A DNA stretch of 64,000 nt from Eledone cirrhosa (lineage: Eukaryota). The DNA lies in the NCBI GenBank assembly GCA_964016885.1, contig OZ024742.1, positions 90,272,001 through 90,336,000 of the forward strand, written 5' to 3'. Numbering within the stretch: the first letter of the stretch is position 1; every line of letters starts with the position of its first letter. Shown here in pieces: positions 1-13,760 of this stretch. Below the pieces are notes generated by a model. The model was not told the DNA's origin and ran no database searches. It saw only the letters and a list, made by a program, of their open reading frames with translations. The translations under genes and the position numbers were made by a program.

Positions 1-491
1 GTGAGATTTTACATTTCATTAACGTTAACGCGTTTCTGTTTCTAATGTTCATTAATTTGTTTACATGCTATTCGTTTCGTTAAGGTGCATATTAGGCGTT
101 CGGCTTGTGTTTTTTTAGTAGTAAATTATTTACTAGTTTTAAGAAGGTTACAGTGTATATTTTGAAGAAACAGTGCTTTAAAAAGCGAATTTGTTCTGTT
201 GTTATTGTAGTTTTTATATAACAGAAAACAGTGACTTTTAATAACCTTTCAGCTTGGCATAAGCTGGTGCCGTGACGGCGATGAATTTGTTTTGAGAGGT
301 TTTTGATATGAAATCGTGTGTCGAAACACATATTATTATACTTGGGGAGGGTCATATTGTTATAATATTGCTAGAGATAATAACAGAACACACTCACTGT
401 TTGGTTTGGGTTGGTTTTCGCTTCAGTATATTTTTATTTCCATAGTTAATTTAAATGGCAATCAATGTTTTTCATTGATTGATCAACGGTT

Positions 492-605
<114 letters not shown>

Positions 606-610
606 GAGGT

Positions 611-646
<36 letters not shown>

Positions 647-1039
647 TACTCTATCAAATATATATAATTATACATATATATATGATTAAACATATATATA
701 TAAACGGAAATAATTGTTTCTACTTTAGGCACAAGGCCAGCAATTACCCAGTGTATTACTGGTACTATATAAACTGAAATAATGAAACGAAATTTCATTT
801 CTCACACTTAGTACGGCTGTTACTTAAATATAAGTATGTATACGTACATACATATATGTATACAGACGTACAGTAGTATGTATATATATATACATAATGC
901 ATACATATATATATATGTACGTATGGATTTACCGAACATTTATTACAATGCTCGGTGTGTTTGTAAACAAACATCCCGAATTAGGCGGTACAGTGTCTAG
1001 CAACCATCGTTGCTCTTTTGTTCAACACAGACAAAGGAA

Positions 1040-1080
1040 CTATGTACTAGTTTCAAGCTTATTAGCTATCGTCAGCAACG
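1040..1080 (-). ncRNA. Minimal type I hammerhead ribozyme (family A)
   Basis: Minus strand CGUUG-CUGACGA-UAGCUAAUAAGCUU-GAAA-CUAG-UA-CAUAG: intact core, stem II AGC/GCU, palindromic stem III ACUAGU. Confidence 0.75.
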
Positions 1081-1559
1081 TATACCTTCGTGCCAGATGA
1101 TTGAACGTCTGAAAGTTTATACTTTCCTTATGCATATTAACGGCTGAGCAGCCTAATTTGCATATCGAGTGAGTTAATCGGCCGAGCGCACCGAAAACGA
1201 TAAACGGAAAAAATGAAACGAAATTTCATTTCTCACTCTTAGTACGGCTGTTACTTAAATATAAGTATGTATACGTACATACATATATGTATACAGATGT
1301 AAAGTAGTATATATATATATGTAATATACATACTACTGTACGTCTGTATACATATATGTATGTACGTATACATACTTATATTTAAGTAACCGCCGTACTA
1401 AGAGTGAGAAATGAAATTTCGTTTCATTTTTTCCGTTTATCGTTTTCGGTGCGCCCGGCCGATTAACTCACTCGATATGCAAATTAGGCTGCTCAGCCGT
1501 TAATATGCATAAGGAAAGTATATACTTTCAGTCGTTCAATCATCTGGCAGGAAGGTATA

Positions 1560-1600
1560 CGTTGCTGACGATAGCTAATAAATTTGAAACTAGTACAGCG
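1560..1600 (+). ncRNA. Minimal type I hammerhead ribozyme (family A)
   Basis: CGUUG-CUGACGA-UAGCUAAUAAAUUU-GAAA-CUAG-UA-CAGCG; stem I CGUUG/CAGCG, stem II weakened. Confidence 0.7.
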
Positions 1601-1846
1601 TTCCTTTGTCAGTGTTGAACAAAAGAGCAACGATGGTTGCTAGACACTGTACAACTTAATTCGTGATGTTTGTTTACAAACACACCGAGCATTATAAATG
1701 TTCGGTGAACCCATACGTACATATATATATATATGTGTGCATTTATGTATATATATATATACATAATACTGCACGTCTGTATACATATATGTATGTACGT
1801 ATACATACTTATACATATATATATAATTATACATATATATATAATT

Positions 1847-1885
<39 letters not shown>

Positions 1886-1929
1886 TATACATATATATTT
1901 ATATGTATATATATATTTATATATATATA

Positions 1930-2240
1930 TAAATGTAAGTATGTATACGTACATACATATATGTGTCGTTCCTGTGTCAGTGTTGAACAAAAAGATGACG
2001 ATGGTTACCTGAATACTGTACAGGGTAATTCGAGCTGTTTGTTTACAAACAAAGCGAACATTATAATAAATGTTCGGTAAACCCATATGTACATATATAT
2101 ATGTGTGCATGTATGTATATATATACATACTACTGTATGTCTGTATACATATATGTATGTACGTATACATACATACTTAAAATTTAAGTATCAGCCGTAA
2201 TAAGAGTGAGAAATGAAATTTCGTTTCATTCTTTTCCATT
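1930..2240 (+). mobile_element. Family A fragment with the HHR region deleted/rearranged
   Basis: Matches 1597-1812 then 1375-1430; flanked by (TA)n. Confidence 0.6.
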
Positions 2241-2283
2241 TATATATATATATAATTATATATACTTATATATATATATATAT

Positions 2284-3038
2284 CTTTCGTTTCTGAATTT
2301 GATTAGCAAGATTCTTTATCTGAAAACGTGTGTTGAAACCGATATTGTTATGCTTTGGGAGGGTCATTTTGCCAATAAGAAACACACGCACCAGTTGCTT
2401 TCACTCCAATTTATTATATAATTTAAATTTATATATTTAAGAATTTATAAATTTCCGGTTGGTTGGTTGGTTCCACAACCGGACGGTTGTTCATAAATTG
2501 TCAAAGTTCTTTCGTCACACATTCTGTGACCTCTACAGTGACGGGATATTCTTTTCTTTGTTTTTGTGCCTCTCCTTTGTTCTGTCCTACGCTATCTTGT
2601 TTAAATAGAAAACATGAATGGAATAGCAACATCACAACTTACAAGAAAGGACAAAATGAAAACACACACACACATAGAACACACAACCAGCCAGTAGCAT
2701 GTAAATAAACAAATAAACAAATATAAACACACACAGACACCCTGATGTAACACATGCGCAAACTAGGCACACAACACACACAAGAACAAGATGGCGTAGG
2801 CCATAACAAAGGAAAGGCACAAAAACAAAGAAAATAATCCTCAGTCACTGAAGAGGTCACAGAATGTGTGACGAAAGAACTTTGACAATATATGAACAAC
2901 CCTCCGGTTGTGGAACCAACCAACCAACCGGAAATTTATAAATTCTTAAATTTATAAATTTAATTTATAATAAATTGGAGTGAAAGCAACTGGTGCGTGT
3001 GTTTCTTATTGGCAACATAACCCTCCCAAAGCATAACC
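2284..3038. mobile_element. Family B PLE 3'-end fold-back insert (left arm sense -, right arm sense +), junction ~2601
   Basis: 2346-2600 is the reverse complement of ~2785-3038; same sequence as the 3' end of the PLE at 9046-10745; (TA)n both sides. Confidence 0.85.
2844..2886 (+). ncRNA. Minimal type I hammerhead ribozyme (family B), intact core
   Basis: GUCA-CUGAAGA-GGUCACAGAAUGUGUGAC-GAAA-GAAC-UU-UGAC; stem I GUCA/UGAC, stem II GUCAC/GUGAC. Opposite-arm copy 2500-2542 (-) has mutated core CUGUAGA. Confidence 0.8.
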
Positions 3039-3054
3039 ATATATATATATATCT

Positions 3055-6000
3055 ATAGTTAAAACTTAGACCGGACAAAAAGCGAGATGCAGTACAAATA
3101 TGAGTTTATTATATTCACGCTTTTGAATGTGGGGCGGGGGACGTTTGGAGAAATGTGGGTAGGAAGAGAGTTCCGAGGGTGTGTGGGGGAGTGATGGAAA
3201 GACATTTAGAAAAAAGGGTTGAGAGAAAGGGGAGGAAAAACTATTGAAGAAGTACAAATAAAAATTAAAATAACCATAAAAATAAACATAAAAATAAACA
3301 AGTGGTGGAAGGGTGTGAGGCGTGTAGGGGTGGTGGCGGGTGGAGTTGGGAGAGCGAGGCGGGGGGTCCGAGCGGGGAGAGCTAAAGGTGGTGTTTGTGT
3401 ATGTGTGTAGGTGTACGTGTGTGTATGTGTGTGTGTGCGTGTGTATGTGAATGTGAGAGTTGGGGGAAGAATGAGGTTCCATGTTCAGGAAAAGGTGTGT
3501 GCGTGGGGTGGGGTGTAAGTCGGTGCGTGCGTGCGTGTGGATGGAGAGGGGTCAGAGGAGTGAGGGACGGTGACGTGTGGATTCCGGAGGCTGAGTGTGT
3601 ATATGTGGGGATACGCACGTGTGTGTTTCTGTTTATACGTGGTGTGGATGTAGGTGGCGTGGTTCTAAAAAAAATGTGGGTGTTTGTTCGTGGGTAAGTT
3701 CCTAAGGTAGTTCCGTGGTGTGTGCAATAAGATGTTGGATATTTCTCATGTTATAGAGTGGATTGATGGAACGATGACCGGTAGTTTGGAATCCATTAGT
3801 GGTTGTGGTCGTAAGTGGTGAGATGTGGGGTACGCGCGCAACAGGAAGTGGTCAGAGAGTCAAGGCAGGGTGAAGACATAGTAGTAGACGGGGATGATAG
3901 GTGGAGAAATGGTCTGAATGTGGTGAGGACTGTGTGAATGTGTGCGGAGGTGCGGTGGACAAGGGAGAGGATGGGTAGGTGTGAAAGGTGGAGGGGGATG
4001 GTGGTGATGTGGGGCGATGAGGTGTATATTAGTAGAGGTGTTAGTAGGATGTGTGTCTGTGAAGGGGTGTAGGTGGAGCAGGGAGAGGGAGAGGGAAAGA
4101 AAAGTGTTGAGGACGGAGGATGGATTGTAGAGTACTGGTGTGTGTGTGTGCGTGTTTGGATGAGTGTGTGTGTGGTAGAGGGGGTGTTAGTGGGAATTAT
4201 TAGTAGTGGGGAAAGGGTTGAATGCGGGTGTGTTGCTGGGGGTTGGTGGGGGTTGGTGGTGTGGAGTGCGTGATGTACGTAGGTGTGGGTGGGTGTGTGT
4301 GTGATGGTGTGTGTTCGTGTGCGTGTGGTCGGGGGTATGTTAGTGATATTAGTTGCGGGGTGGTCGGAGTGGATGTGTGGGTGAGGGTTAGTGGTGGTAG
4401 TAGGGTGTGTGGATAGTGTGAGTGCGTGTATATATGTACAGGTGGGTGTGTGCGTGTGTGGTGTGTGGGTGCACGTGTTTTACGGGAAGGGGCGTGGATG
4501 TAGTATGCGCCGGGGTGTAGTATGGGGGCGTTAATTTTATTAGTTGTGGGTGGGCCAATCGTGGTGGGGCGGTGAAACGGAGGAGTGTGTGTTAGTGGGG
4601 GATGTGTGCGGGGAAGGTGGGCGGTCGAAGGCTAAAGGAATAGGGATCGAGATTTCAGGCCGGGGGTGTGTGTGGGTCTGTAGTGTGAAGATGGTGTGTT
4701 GTTCGACCATGAGGCGGGTGGCGGGTGTTCCATGGCATTGGAGTAGGCCACATACTGTGAGGTGGTGGGCGGAATGTTCAGGGGAGCCAAAGTGGCGGGC
4801 GATGGGGGAACTCCTGCCGAGACGAATATCCCGGAGGTGTTAGGTGAAACGGCCCACCAGGCGACGTCCCGTCTGTCCGACGTAGGTTGCGCTACACTCC
4901 GTGCAGCTAAGTCCATATACTAGGTTGGAGGAGGTGCAGCTGAAGGCGTGCCGGACAGAAAGAGAGTGGCCGTTGGAACCCTGGAAGGTGGTGGTGTTGG
5001 TGATGTGGTGGCAGGTGTGAAAGCGAGGCCTGGAGCAGGGAAGGGAACTGGTGGGGGTCAAGGGTTGGGGTTATGGAGCTGCGGACGAGGAGGGTGCGGG
5101 GATTTGGCGCGCGTTTGAAGGAGGGGAGTGGTGGGGATGGGAAGATGGGAGAGGTGGAGGGGTCGGACTGGAGGCGTCGGAAGAGGCGGAGTATGGTACG
5201 GTAAGGTGGAGCGGTGGTAGTTGATGGGGAAGGGGAGACGGTTGGTGGGTGTACGGTGGCGTGTGTGAGGACGGTGGAGCGGTGGACAGCACGGGCACGA
5301 GTGAGGGCGGTGTGGACGAGGGCGTTAATCTCTCCGGATGAAATGGCTGACTAAGGAAAGGGCCTGGGACTCAAAGTCAGCATCTCGGCTGCAGAGGCGG
5401 CGGATCCGGAGGAGTAGGGAGTGTTTTGTGTGTGTGTAAGGTGGGAGGAGGTGAAGTCCAGTTAGGATTGGGAGGAGGTGGGTTTTAAGAAGGCGGAGGT
5501 GACAAGGGACCGGTGGCCGTGCGTGGTGGAGATAGAGGTGGTGAAGTGGAGGGAGGGTGGAAGGAGATGTCTAAGAAGTGGACGTGGGTGGTGGTATAGA
5601 GGTGGTGAAGTGGAGGGAGGGGTGGAAGGAGCAGAAGAAGGAGAGAAAGGAGTCGAGCTGTTCTCAGGTGAAGGTCGTGGCTCCGATACTATCGTCAATG
5701 TTACGACCGTACAGTTCGGGCGTGGGGCCGGTGTACCGGGCAAAGGTTTGCATAGTTTGGGCCCATTCTTGTGCCCATGGCTATCTCCATGACCTGTTGG
5801 TAAAACTCACCCGAGAAGGAGAAACAGTTGAGGGTGAGGATCAGCTCGGCGAAGCGAAGGAGGATGGGGAGGGGTCAAGTTCGAGGTAGTGTCAGAGGGC
5901 ACGAAGGCCGAGGGCGTGGAGATGACAGAATAGAGGGACTTGATATCTTGGGTGAAGAGGAGGGGGTGTGGGCCGGGTGTGAAAGTGAGGGAGTCGAACA

Positions 6001-6955
6001 GGCGGATGGCGAGGTTGGTGTCGGAGATGTGAGAGGGGAGGGTGGTGACGAGGGGGCGAGGATGGAGTCAAGAAAGGCGGAATGAGTTCGGTGGGGCAGT
6101 TGCAAGAGGAGACGATGGGGCGGCCGGGGTTTGGGGAGGAAGTAGATAGTGGGGCTGCGGTGGGTGCGGACGATTTGATGGGAAGCGGTGGGAGAGAGGA
6201 GGGAGGAGGAGATAACGTGCTGGATGGTGGGGGAAACTTGTTGTTGGTAGAGGGGTGTGGGTCGGAGAGTAGAGGGTGGTAGGAGAGTGGGTTACGGAGC
6301 TGCCTGAGGGCTTTGGCCGTGTAGAGGTCAGCGCGCCACACCACCACAGCGCCTCCCTTGCCCACCGGTTTGATGATGATGTCATCTTGGCTACGGAGGG
6401 AGCAGAGAGCGAAGAGTTTGCCCCGTATGATGTTATGCTGTTTGGAACGGTGGCGGAAGTCGAAGCGATTTACTGCGTTACGGGGCAGGCGTCGACGAAC
6501 GTATCCAGGCTGCTAAATTGCCCTGGTGCCGGCGTCCAAGACGATGGTCATCGGTCCAGGGCGAGAAACGGGTCTACGGCGTTCGGAGCCGGTGGGATTT
6601 GATGAAAATGGGCCTGTAGCTTCGTGCGTCGGACGAATCGCTCGACTTCCGTTCGGGTGCGGAACTCGTGGCTGTGCGGGGTGTGGGATATGAAGCGAAG
6701 GCCTCTACTGATGAGTGGACCCTCAGGTACGGAGACGGGGAGGTCAGGGATTATGGTGACAACAAGTGGGGGTGGGGCTGAGTGCGATTTGAGTGTGATA
6801 AGGTGGGTGAGGGATGAGGGGCGTGTGAGATTGGGTAGGGTGTGAGACGGGGGAGGTGAGTTTGTGGTCGAGGGTGTTGGGGAGGGTTGGATGGGGGTCA
6901 CGGGGATGGATGAGGGGTGGTGGAAGGTGGTGGTGGGGAGGAGTGAGTTAGCTTA
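3055..6955 (-). mobile_element. Degenerate Penelope-like retroelement (Neptune-like), RT plus C-terminal GIY-YIG
   Basis: Frameshifted pieces KGGAVVVWRADLY, NPGRPIVSSCNCPTELI, PCSRPRFHTC and FSCTSSNLVYGLSCTECSATYVGQTGRRL (GIY-YIG); long C/A-rich 3' UTR; bounded by TA repeats. Confidence 0.85.
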
Positions 6956-6979
6956 AGATATATATATATATATATAATT

Positions 6980-7112
6980 ATATGACGAAGAAAGTGTGGT
7001 AAGGAACGAGGTGGACCATAACGCACCAGAGTACTCGATACTCAGGTTAGTAGAGTGTGTAATAGGAAAAGAGTCCGGACCCCGACGGCTGAGCTCCGGC
7101 CGTTTCGACAGA
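6980..7112 (-). mobile_element. Family C PLE 3'-end fragment carrying the 3' half of an HHR
   Basis: Homologous to 8595-8722, 25945-26080 and 51581-51700; abuts (TA)n. Confidence 0.7.
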
Positions 7113-7859
7113 TAGATCCAAACTAAACCAGTAATTTTACGACGGTAGTGACCTAGTTGAAATTAGCAATGGGTACAGTCCATATATGGTCATGCAATCA
7201 AAACATAGCGGTACTATCATATCAAATAATCTTAAAAATTGTTTTTCTTTTCTGTCACGGGGAGTGGTCAAAGATTGTGTGATGTCATATACATGGTTGA
7301 ATTAAATACCTTCATAGCGGCGGTAGTCGGGTTGCTGAACTTCCCTGTAGAACAAAGGGGAGGGAGTAAGGTGATATTCTGTCCTCTGGATGCCAGGCCG
7401 GTCATGCGTAGAGAGAAATCTTTACAGCTATTTCTAAAGGGGGTAAGAACATAAGAGAAACAAGGCATATTATAGAGTGAATATTAGTATGCCAAGTCTA
7501 ACAATTGGCTAACAGGCAGAGCAAATATAATTTAATACTAATTAAATTTCTAATTCATAAAATTAAGTTGTTAGTTAGTCTTAAGCACTAGAACGGCACC
7601 TCAATGTAGTAATTTATCAATATTATCTTCCATAATGATACCCACCAACCCCATAAAAACCATGGCTGTGTGTTCGGCCGGTACTATGTATATTTAACAA
7701 GAGTGAAATTATTTGGGTTAACCTAAGGAAGAATGAAAACTGAATATAGTAGTGTAGATATGCAATGATCCACCTAAGTATAAGAGTGTGTAATTAATGA
7801 AGAAAAAAAAAGAAGAAAAAAATTTAAAATTAGAAAAAGATTTTTCTTCTTCTTTTCAA

Positions 7860-8110
7860 TCTCTTTTGCAAATTTAAAGAAGGCCTTATGATTGTTTTAG
7901 TATTTTCTGTGGCCCTGATTTCTCGCTCTGCCCTCTCCTTCTCACTGGAAAATTTGAGAGCAGTTTCAATGTCAGGTAGTATTCCTTCTTTTTTTTTTTT
8001 TTGTTATTTTTTTTTTGTGCATTCAGCTGGTTTGAGAGTTAAGTCCCTCGTCTCATAAGGACTTTCCTGTCTCTTGAAATAAGATTTCTGTGTCCGTTGG
8101 CCTTTTTCTC
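7860..8110 (-). mobile_element. CR1/L2-like LINE ORF2 remnant
   Basis: Minus-strand translation IETALKFSSEKERAEREIRATENTKNNHKAFFKFAKE resembles the pre-RT linker (KxNPKAFFKYAK). Confidence 0.4.
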
Positions 8111-8138
8111 CGGGACAAACTTATGGCGTATAATTATA

Positions 8139-8210
<72 letters not shown>

Positions 8211-8307
8211 TATGTACATATATAAAGTTATATATATGTATATATATATATAAATTATATATACATATATATATATATATATTTATATATATATTATATA
8301 TATATAT

Positions 8308-8482
8308 TTAATATAGAAAAGGCTTCTACAGGACTACAGAACTGTTTCATTCGGGAGAAATCATTAGGAAGCCTGATGATTTCTCCTGAATTAAACAGTT
8401 CTAGTCCTGTAGAAACCTTTACTATATTAAATATTTATTCTTACTGTAGTTACCCCCGATTGAACACGGGAGAAACTTAAAT
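8308..8482. mobile_element. Short fold-back PLE terminal with paired, 5'-truncated HHR copies
   Basis: 8310-8368 is the reverse complement of 8373-8432; arm consensus CUGAUGA-UUUCUCCCGAAU-GAAA-CAGUUCUG-UA-GUCC; (TA)n both sides. Confidence 0.7.
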
Positions 8483-8515
8483 ATATATATATATTTATAT
8501 ATATATATATATATA

Positions 8516-8722
8516 TAGGAACGAATAAGACCCCGACGGCTGAGCTCAAGCCGTTTTGACGGCTAATTCTGGCCGGCTAATTCAGTACAGAATTAGCCGT
8601 CGAAACGGCTTGAGCTCAGCCGTCGGGGTCCTACTCGTTCCTATTACCCACTCTACTACCCTAAGTATTGAGTACTTTGGTGCGTTATGGTCCACCTGGT
8701 TCCTTACCACATTTTCTTCGTT
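8516..8722 (+). mobile_element. Family C hairpin element (long arm +), centred on HHR stem II
   Basis: TAGGAACGAATAAGACCCCGACGGCTGAGCTCAAGCCG ... CGGCTTGAGCTCAGCCGTCGGGGTCCTACTCGTTCCTA inverted repeat; embedded in (TA)n. Confidence 0.8.
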
Positions 8723-8804
<82 letters not shown>

Positions 8805-8953
8805 ATAACTGCCAGTATCGCCCGGCGCTGCTCGGGATTTGCTCTAGGGTTCTTATATATTTGATATATATTTATCCTCATCGAGCCTCGTGAAATAAAT
8901 ATGTTTGTTTATATTTTGTTATTGTGTATGCAAAAATCTGTACACGATTATAT

Positions 8954-9045
<92 letters not shown>

Positions 9046-9047
<2 letters not shown>

Positions 9048-10745
9048 CGTTTCTGAATTTGTTTAGCAAGATTCTTTATCTGAAAACGTGTGTTGAAACC
9101 GATATTGTTATACTTTGGGAGGGTCATGTTGCCAATAAGAAACACACGCACCAGCAGCTTTCACTTCAATTTATTATAATAAATTTATAAATTTAGGAAT
9201 TTATAAATTTCTGCTTGGTTGGTTGGTTCCACAACCAGATGGTTGTTTCTATATTGTCAAAATTCTTTCGTCACACATTCTGTGACCTCTTTAGTGACTG
9301 GGGATTCTTTTCTTTGTTTTTTGTGCCTCTCCTTTGTTCTGTCCTACGCCATCTTGTTTTTGTGTGTGTGTTGTGTGCTTAGTTTGCACATGTGTTACAT
9401 CCGGGTGTATGTGTGTGTTTATATTCATTTATTTATTTGTTTATTTACATGTTACTGGTTGCTTGTTTGTTCTATGTGCGTGAGTATTTTCATTTTGTCC
9501 TTAATTGTAAGTTGTGATGTTGCTGTTACACTCATGTTTTCTATTTAATTTTGGTTGTAATTCATTTATGTTTATTGCCTCTGTGATTTGACTAAACATT
9601 GCGTCTTTTCTGTGTGTAGATTCTATTTTTATTTCTATGTTCTCTAATTTACCCTTATGTTCTATTTTAGCATGTTGGTAGAGTACAGATGATTCTTTAC
9701 TATCTTGAAAGTCTCGCCAGTGTTAATTTATCCGTTCCCCTATACTACAAGCTGTCTCACCTATGTACACTATATTTTTATCTCTACATTGTCCTTCAGT
9801 ACATCTTATACTATATACTACATTTCTAGTTTTACAGTTAATATGGAGATTTAATTTACAGATTATACATTTCTCAGCTATACAGGGAGGTATTTGAAAA
9901 GGGTATGTCTTGCTAATAAGTGTTTTTATGGAGGTACCTGGTCTTTCTACTATCTTAATATTGAGTTTATGTTTATCTAGGGCCCTTCTAAATTTGTAAG
10001 CTAATTCACCTCTAGGGGTTGTATCGATGAACATTACACTCTGGTATTTATTGCTATCATACCTTGAGTTTATTCTATTAGCCTTATTCCTAGTTCTTTC
10101 TATTCTATTCCAAACTTTGCTCCTATACAAGGGACAGGTCCCATTTGTGTCATTATTTACTTTTTTTCCCATTTGGTTCTGGCTCCTCTATACACTCTGG
10201 TTTTATCTCTCTGATTGTAACCCGAGAACTGCATACGGTGGATGAAGTGTTGTATGTGTCTCTCTAGTTCTTCGGGGTTGCACATGCGGGACACGTTTCT
10301 CATCACCCGTACCAAATCCGCAATCAGTATGTTGATTTTGGTATGGTCCAAAACAGCTGAGTTTCGGTGGATCAGATATTTGGAAGTCATGGGTTTGGCA
10401 TAATGGGAATGGAGGATTTGTTTTTTTTATTAATGGTATATAACCAGAGCTCTGTGTCTAGTACAGGTAATCGATAGTTGGGGTGTTTTCTTGGGTAGTC
10501 TATAGTAACTTTAATACTCTGGTGGATGGAGTTAGCTATTTGCTGGATGCTTTCCATTGTGTTTTTCTCTAATTCCTGACTGTTCTCTAGTGGGGGTGTT
10601 TTAACTACGATGTTTATATCATCAACGTAGCGGGAGTACATTATCAGGGTTAAGGTGTCTTCTAATTGTTCTTTAAGTTTAAGTTTAAATCTACTGTCCC
10701 ACCATACCGTGAATAGGTTAGCTATGTCGCCTGCAATGCTAACAC
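9046..10745 (-). mobile_element. 5'-truncated Penelope-like element, source family of HHR family B
   Basis: RT motifs YSRYVDDINIVV and LPVLDTELW; GIY-YIG NCKTRNVVYSIRC...IVYIGETACSIGERIN; sense HHR with mutated core (CUAAAGA) at 9256-9298; both ends in (TA)n. Confidence 0.9.
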
Positions 10746-11505
<760 letters not shown>

Positions 11506-11714
11506 ACAGTACAGAGAAATACGGAATACATCGGCCTCGGGATGGTGTCTACATTTTGTGCTTATAAAAAAAATTCATCGTAGATTACCAGGATTTTTTT
11601 GCGTGTGAAGAAAATCAATACTTTATCGCGAAATGAATACTTTTGTTTATATTTTGTTATCGTGTGTGCAGAAATATCTGTACACGAATATATAATTATA
11701 TATATGTATATATA

Positions 11715-11885
11715 TTAAAATAATAGATTAAAGTTTAAGTAAAGAATCGCTGCTTTCACCCTTAACGGGATCTTCTGAAACTAAAAACAATTAATCTGTG
11801 AACGCAGATGTAAATATTTCGAAAAACGTTGTAACCGAAGGAAAACAGGAAGACGATACGTTGGTTCGTGAAGACGTCCCCTGAC

Positions 11886-11953
<68 letters not shown>

Positions 11954-12480
11954 TATATATATATACATATACACACACACATACTGATTGCGTCATAATG
12001 ATGTAATGTAGACAGCCAGGCATACAGACATATATTATAAGGGTGCAACGTTATATCTATGTATCTATCTTAAAAGAGAAAGACTAAGAGTTATATAGAG
12101 AGATCGCTAAATCGCCTAATGCGATCCCTAGGGCTTTGAAAAGACTAAATATATATAAACCCGTAGAGCAAATATTTATTATAAGAAGAGATTAATGTTT
12201 AAGCAAAGAATCGCCGCTTCCCCCCTTAACGGGATCTTCTGAAACTAAAATAAATCAATGTGTGGACGCGGAAGTAAATATTTCGAAAAACGTTACAACC
12301 AAAGGAAAACAGGAAAACGATACTTTGGTTTATGATGATGTTCCTGGCAATGAACGGAAAACAGCGAGGATAATTAAGTCATTATGTGGAGCGTTGAGAA
12401 CAATTTCACTCAAAGATAAAAACACTTTTATGGTATAAATGGTGTCATTAAACTAACTAGCAGAAAAACCGCACCAGGCT
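11715..12480 (+). repeat. Diverged direct repeat (11715-11885 vs 12185-12345), probable PLE terminal repeat
   Basis: AAAGAATCGC..CCCTTAACGGGATCTTCTGAAACTAAAA occurs twice about 475 bp apart; first copy runs into (TA)n. Confidence 0.5.
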
Positions 12481-12589
12481 GCTGTCTGCTAGTATATGTA
12501 GTGTGTATATTGGTATTATACGCAAATATATATGCATATATATATATATATTTAAATTGAAAAGTAAATGTAAATATCTTCTTCTTCGT

Positions 12590-13140
12590 CCACTTATTTC
12601 TGAGAGGGTCGTGAGGGTAGAGTCCTTCTCAAACAATCCTTCCAGCGAGCCTGTCAGAAACAAACATCTCTAACTGATCCAGCTGGATCCCAAATCGTGA
12701 GCAGCCAAACTCATGGATGTTGTCCAACTATGTTGCTCAGAGTCTACTATCTGGGTCTCTTGCCGGTTGGTTTTGCCTGTAAAATCTGTCCAGCGATTCT
12801 CTACTGAGACATTCTAACCCCATGCTCATAATATCGAAGTTGTGATCTCACAATTCGGAGAAGTAGCGGCTCTACCAGGAGTGTATTTTTTTATCATTGC
12901 TAGGAATACCAGGAAGACAGCGAATTTGACTTTCTACACCTACCCCCTTCTTCTGATTGCTGAATGCTGAGGCTGGCACATTACTGCATCAGCTTTTGCA
13001 ATTCTTGCACTTAATTCAGCCTCTTGCATTCCATCACTCATGAACACGGCCCCAGATACTTGAACTTCTGAAACTGCTTCAGTAGAATTCCATTCACATG
13101 TATATAAATTTGAGGGACTTCTGTCCACCCGTCTGTCACA
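12590..13140 (-). mobile_element. RTE-like LINE 3' fragment
   Basis: IHVNGILLKQFQKFKYLG and ELSARIAKADAVM pieces. Confidence 0.65.
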
Positions 13141-13329
13141 CAATGCGTATGTATGTATGATTGTGTGAATGCATATGTTTTTGTGTGAATGTATGTGTGT
13201 GTAAAAGGAAGAAAAGGGATACGCACATATTTATGTCTCTAACTTAAAAACGGTGACACACATACACACATACGTCTCTAATTTAAGAACGGCGATTAAC
13301 ACACGCACGACCACATACACACACTGTCT

Positions 13330-13760
13330 TATTACCACTTAAGGGCTTTGGCACGGGCAAACATCCCATCAAATTTGGAACCGTCTGGGTTGTACAGAAT
13401 TGATGGTAAAAGACTTGACGGTCTACTCTGTGCTCCTGGTCAAGAGGTAGATGCCTTATCTGGGACGTCACAGTTAGTGACTCTTTTGCTTCTTCCCACA
13501 TCCTGAATGCAATGGTAAGGATGAGAGCTACAGCATCTGCAGCTGAACGGAACAAAATCCTAAAATACCGTGTTCTGTCAGCTAATTATCCATCCTGTGG
13601 CGTTCGAGACGTTTGGGGAAGTCGGGCTACTGACAACGAGGTTCTCATCTTCACTGTCGGCTTGTAAATCAGAGGTAACTGGTGATACTCGTGAGGGCAC
13701 TTGGTTGTTCCAGCACCTCAGCTTCGCCATCACCCCAGGTAACGCTGCGAGCAAATGTTA
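13330..13760 (+). mobile_element. CRE-like LINE restriction-like endonuclease remnant
   Basis: Reconstructable DGKRLDGL..WSRGRCLIWDVTVSDSFASSHI and HPVAFETFG. Confidence 0.65.

Larger units (their letters stand above)
770..1812. mobile_element. Family A retrozyme-like/PLE pLTR element: ~431-bp unit in partial tandem (770-1320, sense on -) plus inverted arm (1320-1812, sense on +)
   Basis: ATGAAACGAAATTTCATTTCTCAC recurs at 782 and 1213; 1325-1810 is the reverse complement of the left part; each arm has an HHR; no real ORF; right end runs into (TA)n. Confidence 0.75.

Noticed and set aside
12328-12365. AUGAUGA-UGUUC...GAACG-GAAA
   Set aside because: Stem II is plausible but C3 is missing and no stem I/III was found
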